The notes under the pieces: generated by a model
Database searches by the model: none
What the model was told of the DNA's origin: nothing
The model's input: only the letters and a program-made list of their open reading frames with translations
In this document: positions 1-9,483 of the stretch, piece by piece
Layout of the letters: every line of letters starts with the position of its first letter
How positions within the stretch are numbered: position 1 is the first letter of the stretch
Origin: Kiritimatiellia bacterium
GTDB lineage: Bacteria > Verrucomicrobiota > Kiritimatiellia > RFP12 > UBA1067
Assembly: GCA_045617985.1 (NCBI GenBank)
Contig: JAZLJP010000010.1
Span: 9,961 to 73,960 of the forward strand
Reading direction: 5' to 3'
DNA length: 64,000 nucleotides
Translations under genes and position numbers: made by a program

Positions 1-224
1 AGATGCGTGCGGCGCACGGTGAGCGGGCCTTCCTGTTCGGCCGGGAACGCCGCATAGAGCGCATCCGCCGAAAGAAGCCCGAAAACGGCGTCTCCCAGGA
101 ACTCGAGCCGCTGGTTGTCCTTCGCCTGCGGATTGCTCTGCTTGATGGACGGCGTCACGAGCGCCTGCGCGAGCAGGGACGAATCCTTGAATTCATAACC
201 GAGTTTTGTTTCGAGTTCCGTCAT
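1..224 (-). CDS. rnc: Ribonuclease III, N-terminal part (runs off the window start)
   Basis: Manual translation from ATG at 224: MTELETKLGYEFKDSSLLAQALVTPSIKQSNPQAKDNQRLEFLGDAVFGLL...; NQRLEFLGDAV is the RNase III signature. Not in the ORF track. Confidence 0.93.
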   Translation of the reverse strand, partial: MTELETKLGYEFKDSSLLAQALVTPSIKQSNPQAKDNQRLEFLGDAVFGLLSADALYAAFPAEQEGPLTVRRTH

Positions 225-229
225 GGCAC

Positions 230-1006
230 TTACCGAATTGAGCTTCCGGACCAGCCGAGTTTGCGGTTGAGAACGGCAAAGGGACTCCCCCCGGGGAGCT
301 GGATAAGCGGCACATGCTCCGCCGCACGGGCGATTTCAAGCGTCTCCCCGAGGCCGAGCTGCCCCGCGTCCACGCCGTCCGCAAAAACAGGGAGCCGGCC
401 GCTCCCATGCCGCGGCTCAAGCCGCATGGAGAGGCGCACCGTATCGCGCACGACAAGCGGGCGCGACGTCAACGCATGCGGGCAGATCGGCGTAATGACA
501 AACGCCTGCGAATCGGGGAGGAGGATCGGCCCGCCGGCCGAAAGCGAATACGCCGTCGAACCCGTGGGCGTTGCAACAACGAGGCCGTCGGCAAAGAAAC
601 GCGTTGCCGGCTCGTCATCCACAAAAAGCGAGATGACGGCCGCATGGCCCGAAACGCCCTTTGAAACGACGACGTCGTTCAACGCCGTGTGGCCGTTTAC
701 CGAAAGCGCCGCCCGCTGTGAAAGCGTGAACGCGCCCTCGGCGAGCGCCTTGATCGCCTCGTCGAAACGCGGCGCATCGACGGCCGCCAAATAGCCGAGA
801 GAACCGAGGTTGAGACCAAGGAGCGGCTTGCCCGGAAACCGGTGGACGGCGGAAAGCATCGTGCCGTCGCCACCCAAAACAACCACGGCCTCGGGGGCGA
901 CGTCGTCAAGCACAAGCCCACACGCACGCGCCACGTCCTTCAAACGCGCGAGCGCCGCCTTCGCCGCGGGCTTCGTGGAATTGGCATGGAACGTGATCCG
1001 TTTCAC
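230..1006 (-). CDS. nadK: NAD(+) kinase
   Basis: GGDGT, NLGSLGYL, ALND, DGLVVATPTGSTAYSLSAGGP and TPICPH motifs. Confidence 0.96.
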   Translation of the reverse strand: MKRITFHANSTKPAAKAALARLKDVARACGLVLDDVAPEAVVVLGGDGTMLSAVHRFPGKPLLGLNLGSLGYLAAVDAPRFDEAIKALAEGAFTLSQRAALSVNGHTALNDVVVSKGVSGHAAVISLFVDDEPATRFFADGLVVATPTGSTAYSLSAGGPILLPDSQAFVITPICPHALTSRPLVVRDTVRLSMRLEPRHGSGRLPVFADGVDAGQLGLGETLEIARAAEHVPLIQLPGGSPFAVLNRKLGWSGSSIR

Positions 1007-1036
1007 GAGAACGCGCCTTCGCTCTCCCGGGGCCGA

Positions 1037-2470
1037 TTAAAGCGCCGCGAGCTTCTTCGCCACGATCGGCCCGACGATCTTCGGATCGGCCTTGCCTTTC
1101 GAGAGCTTCATCACCTGGCCCACGAAGAAGCCGGCGGCGGCCTTCTTGCCCGCCTTGAAGTCCGCAACCGGGCCGGGATTGGCCGCAATCGCCTGATCGA
1201 CGAACGCCTCGAGAGCGGAGGTATCGGAAACGGCGCCAAGGCCGCGCTCCTTCACGATCGCCTCGGGATCGCCGCCCTTCTCGAAGATTTCGGGGAGAAG
1301 TTCCTTGAGCGTGGGGCCGTTGATCGTGCCCTTCGCGGAAAGCGTAATCAACGCGCGGAGCGCTTCGGGCTTCATCGCGCACTCGCCGATCGCCTTGCCG
1401 CTCGCGTTCAGGAGCGCCATCACGTCGCTCATGTAGAGGTTGCAGAGGAGCTTGGCGGTCTTCTTGTCGAGCCCCTTCGCGGCCGCTTCGAAATAGTCCG
1501 CATTCGCCTTCTGCTGCGAGAGAACGCCCGCATCGTATTCGGCGATGCCGTAGTCCTCGATCATGCGCGCACGGCGCGCCTCGGGCTTTTCGGGAAGGAG
1601 CTTGCGCCACGCCTCCACCTGCTCTTCGGAAAGCACGATCGGCACGAGGTCCGGATCGGGGAAGTAGCGGTAGTCGTGGGCGTTTTCCTTCGTGCGCATG
1701 GAGGCCGTCTCAAGCGCCTCGCCATCCCACCGGCGCGTTTCCTGCACGATCGGAATCGAATGCGCGATGCAGTCGCGCTGGCGGCGCGCCTCGTATTCGA
1801 GCGCGGCATGAATGCCCTTGAAGGTATTCATGTTCTTGATCTCCACCTTCGTGCCGAGCTGGGTGGCGCCCACGGGGCGAATGGAGATGTTGACGTCGGA
1901 GCGCATGTTGCCCTCTTCGAGGTTACAGTCCGAAACGCCGGCATAGACAAGCATTTCCTTGAGCGCGGTAAGATAGGCGATCGCTTCGTCGGCGCTCGCG
2001 AGATCCGGCTCCGAGACGATTTCCATGAGAGGCGTTCCGCCGCGGTTGAAGTCGACGCCGGAAGTGGTCGCATAGTGGTTGATCTTCGCCGCATCCTCTT
2101 CGAGATGGATGTGGTTGATGCGGATCGTCTTCGGCCCGTTCGGCGTTTCGATCGTCACACCGCCGCCGATGCAGAGCGGGTGCTCGTTTTCGGTGATCTG
2201 GTAGTCCTTCGCCATATCCGGATAGAAGTAGTTCTTCCGGTCGAAGGTCGCACGGCGGTTGATTTCGCAGCCGAGCATCAAGCCGCTCATCACCGTGAGC
2301 TTCACCGCTTCCTTGTTCATCATCGGCAAAGCGCCGGGATAGCCAAGGCACACCGGGCAGACGTTCGTGTTCGGCTCGCAGCCCGTCTTCAGGAGACAGC
2401 CGCAGAACATCTTCGTGCGCGTTTTGAGCTGCACGTGTGTTTCAAGGCCGATGGTCGTTTCAAAGTCCAT
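1037..2470 (-). CDS. gatB: Asp/Glu-tRNA amidotransferase subunit B
   Basis: IGLETHVQL, FDRKNYFYPD, HLEEDA, EEGNMRSDVNIS, YRYFPDPDL, C-terminal Yqey-like tail. Confidence 0.98.
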   Translation of the reverse strand: MDFETTIGLETHVQLKTRTKMFCGCLLKTGCEPNTNVCPVCLGYPGALPMMNKEAVKLTVMSGLMLGCEINRRATFDRKNYFYPDMAKDYQITENEHPLCIGGGVTIETPNGPKTIRINHIHLEEDAAKINHYATTSGVDFNRGGTPLMEIVSEPDLASADEAIAYLTALKEMLVYAGVSDCNLEEGNMRSDVNISIRPVGATQLGTKVEIKNMNTFKGIHAALEYEARRQRDCIAHSIPIVQETRRWDGEALETASMRTKENAHDYRYFPDPDLVPIVLSEEQVEAWRKLLPEKPEARRARMIEDYGIAEYDAGVLSQQKANADYFEAAAKGLDKKTAKLLCNLYMSDVMALLNASGKAIGECAMKPEALRALITLSAKGTINGPTLKELLPEIFEKGGDPEAIVKERGLGAVSDTSALEAFVDQAIAANPGPVADFKAGKKAAAGFFVGQVMKLSKGKADPKIVGPIVAKKLAAL

Positions 2471-4515
2471 TACTTAATCTCTTCTTTCTTCTTTTCAGGG
2501 GTGCCGAACGGCAAATGGAAAGTCGCCTTCTCAACATGGTTCGTGGCGAGCGGATCGCGGGCCTGTTCGTCGAGCGAACGCGTATCCAAAGCGGCAATGC
2601 CTTCGATGGCGTTGCCCGTGCGGTCGCCGGGCTCGAACTTCACGCCCGTCGTGTACATCCGCCCGAGAACGGCATTCTTCGGGAGGCCCACATCCGTCTT
2701 CACGTCATCCGGATCGGCAATGCCCACCGTCACAAAAACGAGGATCTCCTTCTGCACCTTCCGCCGGGACTTGCTGCCGAAGAGCTTGTCGCCGATCCAG
2801 GGCCAGTCGCGCAGCCACGGGATGCCCGTATCCACCTGCTCTTCCGTCGTCTTCGAAAGGCCGCCGATCACCGCCGTCGACCCCGCCTTGAGCGTGAAAT
2901 CCGTCACAAGGCGCTGCACGCTGATGATCGGGTAGCGGCTGCCTTCGGCGGTACCGCTTCCGGCGGTCACTTCGCCTGACTTTTCACTGATCGTCGGCAC
3001 GATCGAAACGGTGATGAGGTCGTTCGAGATGACGCGCGGCATCACTTCGAGGGAAATGCCCCAGCTGAAGAAGGCCTCCTTCGCGAAGAGGAGCTTATCC
3101 TCGCCCGGGATGACCGCCATCTTCATGTCAAGGTCGAGTGATTCGGAATTGCCGTTCAAGGTGCGCTTCGCGTTGATGGCCACATTCGGATACTTCTCGG
3201 TCATATCGACCGTCGCGCGCTTGCCGTTCGAAACGATGATCTTGGGGTTCGAGAAGATCTTCGCGTCCCCGCTCGTATCAAGCGCGCTCAAGACGAGCGA
3301 CATGTCGGTGAACGACAAGGTACCGGAGAAGTAGCTCACCCCGCCGTCGCGCCCGCTCGCCGTGGAGGTCGAGTCGCTCGTCAAGGTCTTCGCATGCGTG
3401 CCATCCGCGTTCTGCGTCTCGGAACTGGACGTGCGCTTCGTGGTCGTCTTGCCGGCGAGCCCGTAGGTGACCGTATCGCCCGAAGAAGACACCGTGCGCG
3501 AATAGTTCTGCACCGCGTTTCCGATATTGCGCTTGTCAAGGCCCCCGCCGAACGACGCCGTACCGCCCATGCCGTCGAGCATCGACCAGTCGATGCCGAG
3601 CTTGTGCTCGGCCGAGTTCTGAAGCTCCACGAAACGCGCCTCGATGTAGACCTGGCGCGGCTTGACGTCGAGCACCTTCAAGGCCTGCTCGCACGCATCG
3701 AGAATCACCCCGGGCGCCGTCACCATCACGGAATTCGCCTCGGGAAACGCCTGCGCGATCTTCGCCACCTTCCAGGCGATGCCGAAATCGCCGCTCCACA
3801 TGGTGTTGAACCGTTCCGCCACCTCCTCGGGAGAGGCGTACTGCAACAGGAACGTGCGCGTGGAAATCCGCCGCTTCACCTCGGCGGCCGCCACCTTTTC
3901 GGCCGCGAGATTGACGGCATTGACCGCCTGCACCACCGCATCCTGCGCCGCCTGCTTGAGCCGCACGTCGAGAGCCGCGTTCACGAGGTTCGTCACCACC
4001 GGGCCCACGCCCACCACGGGCTGGTTCGTGGCGACGTCGAAATAGGTATTCGTGAGCGCCAAGGCCGCCTCGGGCGAAATGACGCCGAGGACGCCCGCCG
4101 CCACATTCGTATTCGCCGCGCCGAGCGAGGCAAGATAGCCGGGCGGAAATGCCGCAGGCGCATTCGTCGTTGCCGAGGCCGCCAGAGCGGGGGCAGCGGC
4201 CGGAGAGGCCACCGCCCCGGCGGGCCGAGGCGCGAGCGGCGCGGGAAGCGACCCTGGCGGCAACATCGCCGCGAGGTTCGTCATCGCCACGAGAGAGGCC
4301 TGGTCTTCCGCATTGATCGGCGCCGGCGCAAGAACGTCGGCCGGCATGTTCGTGGGGAGAAGCGCAAAGGTCGTGCTGTTCGTCACCTGCACGAGAAAGG
4401 TCGCGACGTTCGTCACCGCCGGCATTTCGACTGCGCCATCGGCCTCCGCCCCCGCACAGACGAGGGCGAAGAGGGGCGCCACGAGGGCAACTGCGCATCT
4501 CCGGGCAAACGTCAC
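2470..4515 (-). CDS. Secretin (GspD/PilQ-type outer-membrane channel) with long Ala/Pro/Thr/Asn-rich N-terminus
   Basis: Signal peptide; N3-like domain (TRTFLLQYASPEEV...NSVMVT...LDVKPRQVYIEARFVE); secretin core LGIDW, GISLEVMPRV, IGGL...GIPWLRDWPWIGDKLF...EILVFVT. Overlaps gatA stop (GTGA) and gatB start (TAATG). Confidence 0.9.
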   Translation of the reverse strand: MTFARRCAVALVAPLFALVCAGAEADGAVEMPAVTNVATFLVQVTNSTTFALLPTNMPADVLAPAPINAEDQASLVAMTNLAAMLPPGSLPAPLAPRPAGAVASPAAAPALAASATTNAPAAFPPGYLASLGAANTNVAAGVLGVISPEAALALTNTYFDVATNQPVVGVGPVVTNLVNAALDVRLKQAAQDAVVQAVNAVNLAAEKVAAAEVKRRISTRTFLLQYASPEEVAERFNTMWSGDFGIAWKVAKIAQAFPEANSVMVTAPGVILDACEQALKVLDVKPRQVYIEARFVELQNSAEHKLGIDWSMLDGMGGTASFGGGLDKRNIGNAVQNYSRTVSSSGDTVTYGLAGKTTTKRTSSSETQNADGTHAKTLTSDSTSTASGRDGGVSYFSGTLSFTDMSLVLSALDTSGDAKIFSNPKIIVSNGKRATVDMTEKYPNVAINAKRTLNGNSESLDLDMKMAVIPGEDKLLFAKEAFFSWGISLEVMPRVISNDLITVSIVPTISEKSGEVTAGSGTAEGSRYPIISVQRLVTDFTLKAGSTAVIGGLSKTTEEQVDTGIPWLRDWPWIGDKLFGSKSRRKVQKEILVFVTVGIADPDDVKTDVGLPKNAVLGRMYTTGVKFEPGDRTGNAIEGIAALDTRSLDEQARDPLATNHVEKATFHLPFGTPEKKKEEIK

Positions 4516-5933
4516 GACCGAACCACCTCTTCGTAAGCCTTCGAAATGGCGAGGAGCTTGTCTTCACGATACGCGTCGCAAATGAACTGCACACCCACCG
4601 GCAAGGCGGGAGCATCGGCCGTCGGCCGCGTCCAACCCGTCGGCACGCTGATCGAGCAGTTGCCCGCAAGCGAGCCCGGAATCGTAAAGAGGTCGTTCAG
4701 ATACATCGTGAGCGGATCCTGCACCGCGCCGAGCTTGAACGCCGCCGTGGGCGAAACCGGCGAGAGGAGCGCATCGACCCTTTTGAACACCTCTTCGAAG
4801 TCGCGGCGGATGAGCGTGCGCACCTTCGCGGCACGCCCGTAGTAGGCATCGTAATAGCCGCTTGAAAGAACGTACGTGCCCATGATGATACGGCGCTTCA
4901 CTTCGGGGCCGAACCCTTCGGAACGGCTGCGCGAGTAGAGGTTGAACACGTTGTCGCTCCTCTCGGACCGATGGCCGTACCGCACGCCGTCGAAGCGCGC
5001 GTAGTTCGCACACGCTTCCGCCGGCGCCACGATGTAGTAGACCGCCATTGCGTAGTCGGTATGCGGCAGCGAGACTTCCTCCACCTCGGCGCCCGCCGCC
5101 GTGCAGCGCGCGATCGCCTCTTCCGTGAGGCGCTTCACTTCGGGGGCGAGACCGTCGATGAAATATTCCTTCGGGAGGCCGAACTTGAGCCCCTTGAGGG
5201 ACGCTCCTTCCATCGCCTTCGTGTAGTCGGGCACGGGCAGGCACGGCGTCGTGCCATCCATCTCGTCATGCCCCGCAAGAGCCTGCAGAAGGAGCGCCGC
5301 GTCGTCCACATTCTTCGTCATCGGGCCCACCTGGTCGAGGGAGCTCGCAAACGCCGTCACGCCGAAGCGGCTCACGCGCCCGAAGCTCGGCTTGAGGCCC
5401 ACGCAGTTGCAGAAACTCGCCGGCTGGCGAATGGAGCCGCCCGTATCCGTGCCAAGCGCGGCAATGCACAGGTCGCCGCCCACCGCCGCCGCGCTGCCGC
5501 CCGAACTGCCGCCGGGCACACGCGTGACGTCGTAGGGGTTCACGGTACGGCCGAGAGCCGAGTTCTCCGTAGAGGACCCCATCGCAAATTCGTCCATGTT
5601 CACACGGCCCGCCGGGATGAACCCGGCCGCGCGGGCGTTCTTGACCACCGTCGCGTCGTAGGGGCTCGTGTAGCCCTTCAGCAGCTTCGACCCGCACGTG
5701 CAGGGCTGGCCCGTCACGTTGATGAGGTCCTTGATCGCGAGCGGCACGCCCTTCGGATTCGCCTTCGCCTCAGCGAGCGCGCTTTCTTCGTCAAACGTCA
5801 GATAGGCGCCGATACGCGGGTTTTCGGCATGTACGCGATCGATGATCGCCTGCATGAGTTCCACGCTCGTAAAGTCGCCCTTCGCGAGGCCCTCGCGGGC
5901 CTCTTTGATGCCAAGCTTGTAAAGTTCGCTCAC
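4512..5933 (-). CDS. gatA: Glu-tRNA(Gln) amidotransferase subunit A
   Basis: Amidase signature PGGSSGGSAAAV, GTDTGGSIRQPA, NMDEFAMGSS, EVKRRIIMGTYVLSSGYYDAYY. Confidence 0.98.
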   Translation of the reverse strand: MSELYKLGIKEAREGLAKGDFTSVELMQAIIDRVHAENPRIGAYLTFDEESALAEAKANPKGVPLAIKDLINVTGQPCTCGSKLLKGYTSPYDATVVKNARAAGFIPAGRVNMDEFAMGSSTENSALGRTVNPYDVTRVPGGSSGGSAAAVGGDLCIAALGTDTGGSIRQPASFCNCVGLKPSFGRVSRFGVTAFASSLDQVGPMTKNVDDAALLLQALAGHDEMDGTTPCLPVPDYTKAMEGASLKGLKFGLPKEYFIDGLAPEVKRLTEEAIARCTAAGAEVEEVSLPHTDYAMAVYYIVAPAEACANYARFDGVRYGHRSERSDNVFNLYSRSRSEGFGPEVKRRIIMGTYVLSSGYYDAYYGRAAKVRTLIRRDFEEVFKRVDALLSPVSPTAAFKLGAVQDPLTMYLNDLFTIPGSLAGNCSISVPTGWTRPTADAPALPVGVQFICDAYREDKLLAISKAYEEVVRS

Positions 5934-6229
5934 GACTCCGCTCCTTCCACGATCTTGGGCAACATGAACTCGTCGCCCGTTCGGCCCGGCGCATTGCCAA
6001 GCGCCGCTTCGCGATCGAGCGACGGCCTTACCGTATCCTCACGGAAAGCGTTCACGATCTCGCAGCCATGCACCATGGGCGGAACGCCCTCCACATTCAC
6101 CGAGGAGATTTTCTCCACATACTTGACAATATTCTCAAGCTGCGGCTGGAAAACGGATTTTTCCTCATCCGTCAGCTCCAACCGCGCCAATTCCGCCACA
6201 TAGGCGACATCAATCGTGGGCTTGTTCAT
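5930..6229 (-). CDS. gatC: Asp/Glu-tRNA amidotransferase subunit C
   Basis: VAYVAELARLEL...FREDTV...NAP...FMLPKI; directly upstream of gatA. Confidence 0.96.
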   Translation of the reverse strand: MNKPTIDVAYVAELARLELTDEEKSVFQPQLENIVKYVEKISSVNVEGVPPMVHGCEIVNAFREDTVRPSLDREAALGNAPGRTGDEFMLPKIVEGAES

Positions 6230-6236
6230 GGGCGGT

Positions 6237-6266
6237 ATTATAGCACAAATTCCCGCCGAGAATCAA
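6237..6266 (-). promoter_or_regulatory. sigma70-like promoter of gat operon, probably leaderless
   Basis: Minus strand TTGATT-N18-TATAAT with extended TG, 7 nt before the gatC ATG; no SD. Confidence 0.7.
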
Positions 6267-6276
6267 GGAATAACGT

Positions 6277-7314
6277 TTAGTTACCAGCCTTCACGAGGAG
6301 GACGACACCGCCAAGGAAGAAGAGGAACATCGCAACGTTCAAAATCGCACACACCTTCGGGGCGCCCTTGAATTCACGCCACACGAGAATGCCCCAGAGC
6401 GCCGAAACGAGCGTTGCGCCCTGGCCGAGGCCGAAGGCGATCGCCGAGCCCGCCGTGCCCGCCGCCACGTAGTTGATGGCCGTTCCGAGCGACCAGATGC
6501 AACCGCCCAAAACGCCCACGAGGTGGAGCTTGCCGCCATCGGTGAAATAGCCCGGCTCGGCCCCCTTCCGCGTGATACGGAGCGGGTTGAAGGCGAACGT
6601 GGAAAAGACCGTACCCAAGACGAAGGCGAAGAAGCCCGTGTAGGGCGTGAGCTTGCCCGCCGCCGGCGCCGCATGCGTAAAGTTCGTATCGATCGTGCGC
6701 GCCACGAACGAATAGAAGAACGCCATCAAGATGCCGCAACCGATGAGCACCGCCATGCCCTTGGCCATGCTCGTCTTCTTCGTCGCCGCGCCGTCGCTCG
6801 CCACGGCCGGCTTCGCATCCTCGCGCTTCTTGCTCGCGAGCGACACGAGAACGATTGCCACCGCGAGAAGCGCGATGCCGAGGAAGATGTAGAGCGGATC
6901 GCCCTTCTTCTCCATGCAGAAGTTGACAGTCGTTCCCAAAACGAGCGCGATGCCGCACCCTACGGGAATCGCCGTCGCGAGGCCCACCATCGCGATCGCC
7001 ACCACAAGGAGGATGTTCGCGGCATTGAAGATGACGCCGCCGAGGAACGCCGAGCCCAGCGCCTTCCAGCCGTCGGGCGAGGCCGTCGCCGCCTTCAGGT
7101 TCGCGCAGAAGCTCCAGTCGTTGTGCCCCGTCGAGCCGACCGTCAGCCCCCACACGACGGAGAAGAGCAAAAGCCCGAGCACATAGTCCCAGTAGAACAG
7201 CTTGTACGGCCAGCGGTCGCCTGCGAGTTTCTGGGTATTCGCCCAGCTGCCCCAGCAGAACATCGTGAGCACGCAGCAAAGGACGGCCAGCGTGTAATTC
7301 GAACAATAGAACAT
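6277..7314 (-). CDS. DMT-superfamily transporter (GRP sugar porter / ureide permease-like)
   Basis: About 10 TM segments; CWGSWANTQKL, YWDY, GLGQGATLVSALWGILVWREFKG motifs. Confidence 0.85.
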   Translation of the reverse strand: MFYCSNYTLAVLCCVLTMFCWGSWANTQKLAGDRWPYKLFYWDYVLGLLLFSVVWGLTVGSTGHNDWSFCANLKAATASPDGWKALGSAFLGGVIFNAANILLVVAIAMVGLATAIPVGCGIALVLGTTVNFCMEKKGDPLYIFLGIALLAVAIVLVSLASKKREDAKPAVASDGAATKKTSMAKGMAVLIGCGILMAFFYSFVARTIDTNFTHAAPAAGKLTPYTGFFAFVLGTVFSTFAFNPLRITRKGAEPGYFTDGGKLHLVGVLGGCIWSLGTAINYVAAGTAGSAIAFGLGQGATLVSALWGILVWREFKGAPKVCAILNVAMFLFFLGGVVLLVKAGN

Positions 7315-7431
7315 TCTCTTTATCCCTTTCTCTTGAGGTTGACGATTCGATCCGGATCAGACACACGTCCCGTAACGACCGACAATCGCGACGCCCGTTC
7401 GCATGACGTTCCTTGCGCCCTCACCGCAATC

Positions 7432-7461
7432 ATTATACCAAAAGCCACCCCTCTCGCGCAA
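7432..7461 (-). promoter_or_regulatory. sigma70-like promoter of transporter gene
   Basis: TTGCGC-N18-TATAAT with TG extension, ~115 nt upstream of ATG 7314. Confidence 0.6.
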
Positions 7462-7497
7462 TCTCCGTGACAAACCTCTCCATAAGTTTCATCCCGG

Positions 7498-8031
7498 CTA
7501 AGGCCGTTCGACCAACGCCAGTACCAGTCCAGCTAAAAGCGCCAGCAGCGCATAGGATAGAGCAATCAACTTGACGCAGAACCGATTTCGAACGACCAGT
7601 CCCCAATGGCCCAGTCCCGAAGCCGGCAATTCGGACGGCGGACCGTATGCATTCTCCTCCCGATCGCCCGGCCAGAAACCGAGCACCAAAAGGGCAGGCA
7701 GCATACACCAGCCATCCTTCGCCGCCGGTATCGGCAAGTTTCTCACGAGATTATCGAGGGCAATCCCTCCGAGCAACCACCAACCCGACCTTCCCACATC
7801 GTGCAGTCGCCAAATCGTCAACGGAATCGACACCCCGAAAAGGATCAAAAGCTGTACCACCAACCAACCCATGTACAAAATGTACAATACCTGCAACGCC
7901 GGCGGGGTCAACACCTCCTCTTCCAAGCACTTGACACCGAAGAACGAAACGAAGGATAATCCGCTCGTCAGCAGAATCTTCCCCCAGAACTCACGCCTAC
8001 CGACTCGATTCATCGATGTGTTTTCCCCCAT
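7498..8031 (-). CDS. DUF805-family membrane protein
   Basis: RVGRREFW, TIWRLHDVGRSGWWLL, PGDREENAYGPP motifs. Confidence 0.85.
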   Translation of the reverse strand: MGENTSMNRVGRREFWGKILLTSGLSFVSFFGVKCLEEEVLTPPALQVLYILYMGWLVVQLLILFGVSIPLTIWRLHDVGRSGWWLLGGIALDNLVRNLPIPAAKDGWCMLPALLVLGFWPGDREENAYGPPSELPASGLGHWGLVVRNRFCVKLIALSYALLALLAGLVLALVERP

Positions 8032-8237
8032 CGTTGTCTGCCTTCCGATTCAGTCTTCCTTTCAAATCCCAGCGTCGAGATCGCCAGCGACTTTCCGAAC
8101 CGCCGCGGCCGCGCGCAGAAGTACTGGGCGAACGCCGGGCGAATCAACTCGCGCAGAATCGCGGTCTTGTCGACATAGACAAAACCGCCTCCGACGAGGT
8201 TCGAAAAGGTATAGACACTGGCGGTGATCGGTTTCAT
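8010..8237 (-). pseudogene. N-terminal stub of AAA-ATPase-like (AAA + PD-(D/E)XK nuclease family) gene
   Basis: MKPITASVYTFSNL...YVDKT...YFCARPRRFGKSLAISTL (Walker A) followed by unrelated sequence; the family is normally ~500 aa. TATAAT at 8245-8250, 7 nt upstream. Confidence 0.8.
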
Positions 8238-8292
8238 GCTTGCTATTATACCGTATTTTAGCATCCCAGTAGCTCGCCCCAGACGATTGCGG

Positions 8293-9471
8293 TTACGGGA
8301 TCGAATTGGGGCGTTCGGATGCCGGGGGAAAAGTCATGCTCTCTCCCCAGGCCAGGGGTTCGACACGAGGCCACTCGAAACCGGGGCTGGCGAGGCGTCT
8401 CTTGTCTTCATACATTTCACGATACGATTCGCGATGGTCGACCGTATGCATCAACTCGTTTTCATGCGACGGCAGGAAGACGGCCCGCTTCATCTTGAAC
8501 CCCGGCGTGGTTTTGCACGCAGAGACGATGTTCGTCACGTGGCTCCAGGTCGAGGAGATGATGATATCCGCCGGCGGACACTTCACCAGATTCCATTCGC
8601 ACTCTTTCCGCGAATTGTCGCCGTTGTCCACAACCCGCACACCGTCGATTTCCATGAGATAGGTGTTGCACGGAACTCCCTGATAACCCATGAAGTTCCA
8701 CAACTTCACGCCGTCGATCGACACCGATTCCGCGTGGTCGCGATCAAGCACGACGACTTTGTCGCCCGCCGAGTAACTCTCGCCTGTCGCCCGGTCGCGC
8801 ATTGGACAGGGCAGAACGAGCGTCTTACCAAGGGCGCGCATCCGCCGCATCAGCGGGAACGAGGTGTGGTCGCCATGCGGGTGGGTAATGACGAGCAGAT
8901 CGCCCAGTTCCGCGAATGCCTGCCAGTCGGCCTCCGTCCAGGGGGTGTTTCGCCCGAAGGACGGATGCGGCGTGAAGTCGATCAGCACCGTCTTGTGTGC
9001 GCCCTTCACTACATAGGCCATATTGTAGAGGTGCCAGACTTGAAGCGAGCCGGGCGAAACCTTCGCCGCTTTTGCCTCGCGCAGGACGCGGGCGATGGAC
9101 CGTCTCAGGTAGGCGATGACGGCGTCTTGATAGGCGGCGATCTCGTCCTTGGTCGTCGTGGGGGCGTAATTGTCGACATGCAGCGGATAGTCGAGCAACC
9201 TGAGCGTACGGCGCCGTTCAGGGTCGGCGTGGCCCTTGCCTTCCGAAAGCTTGAAACGGTTTTCACAGAAACGGATCGTTTCGCCGATCCAGTTCGTCGT
9301 GTTGGATTCGGATGCGATTCGATCGGCGAATTCGACAAGCCCGCTTTCACGGGCGAACCGAACACAATCCGATTTGAGTTCCGCCGTTGTCTTGCTCGGC
9401 CAATTGAGCGCCGATGCCGTCAACGGAAGAACGACGAGCCACGCGAACACGGCCTTACTGATGATATTCAT
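8293..9471 (-). CDS. Secreted metallo-beta-lactamase-fold hydrolase
   Basis: Signal peptide; ITHPHGDH motif; downstream DNGD and PSHENE. Confidence 0.8.
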   Translation of the reverse strand: MNIISKAVFAWLVVLPLTASALNWPSKTTAELKSDCVRFARESGLVEFADRIASESNTTNWIGETIRFCENRFKLSEGKGHADPERRRTLRLLDYPLHVDNYAPTTTKDEIAAYQDAVIAYLRRSIARVLREAKAAKVSPGSLQVWHLYNMAYVVKGAHKTVLIDFTPHPSFGRNTPWTEADWQAFAELGDLLVITHPHGDHTSFPLMRRMRALGKTLVLPCPMRDRATGESYSAGDKVVVLDRDHAESVSIDGVKLWNFMGYQGVPCNTYLMEIDGVRVVDNGDNSRKECEWNLVKCPPADIIISSTWSHVTNIVSACKTTPGFKMKRAVFLPSHENELMHTVDHRESYREMYEDKRRLASPGFEWPRVEPLAWGESMTFPPASERPNSIP

Positions 9472-9483
9472 TTTCGTTTCCTC

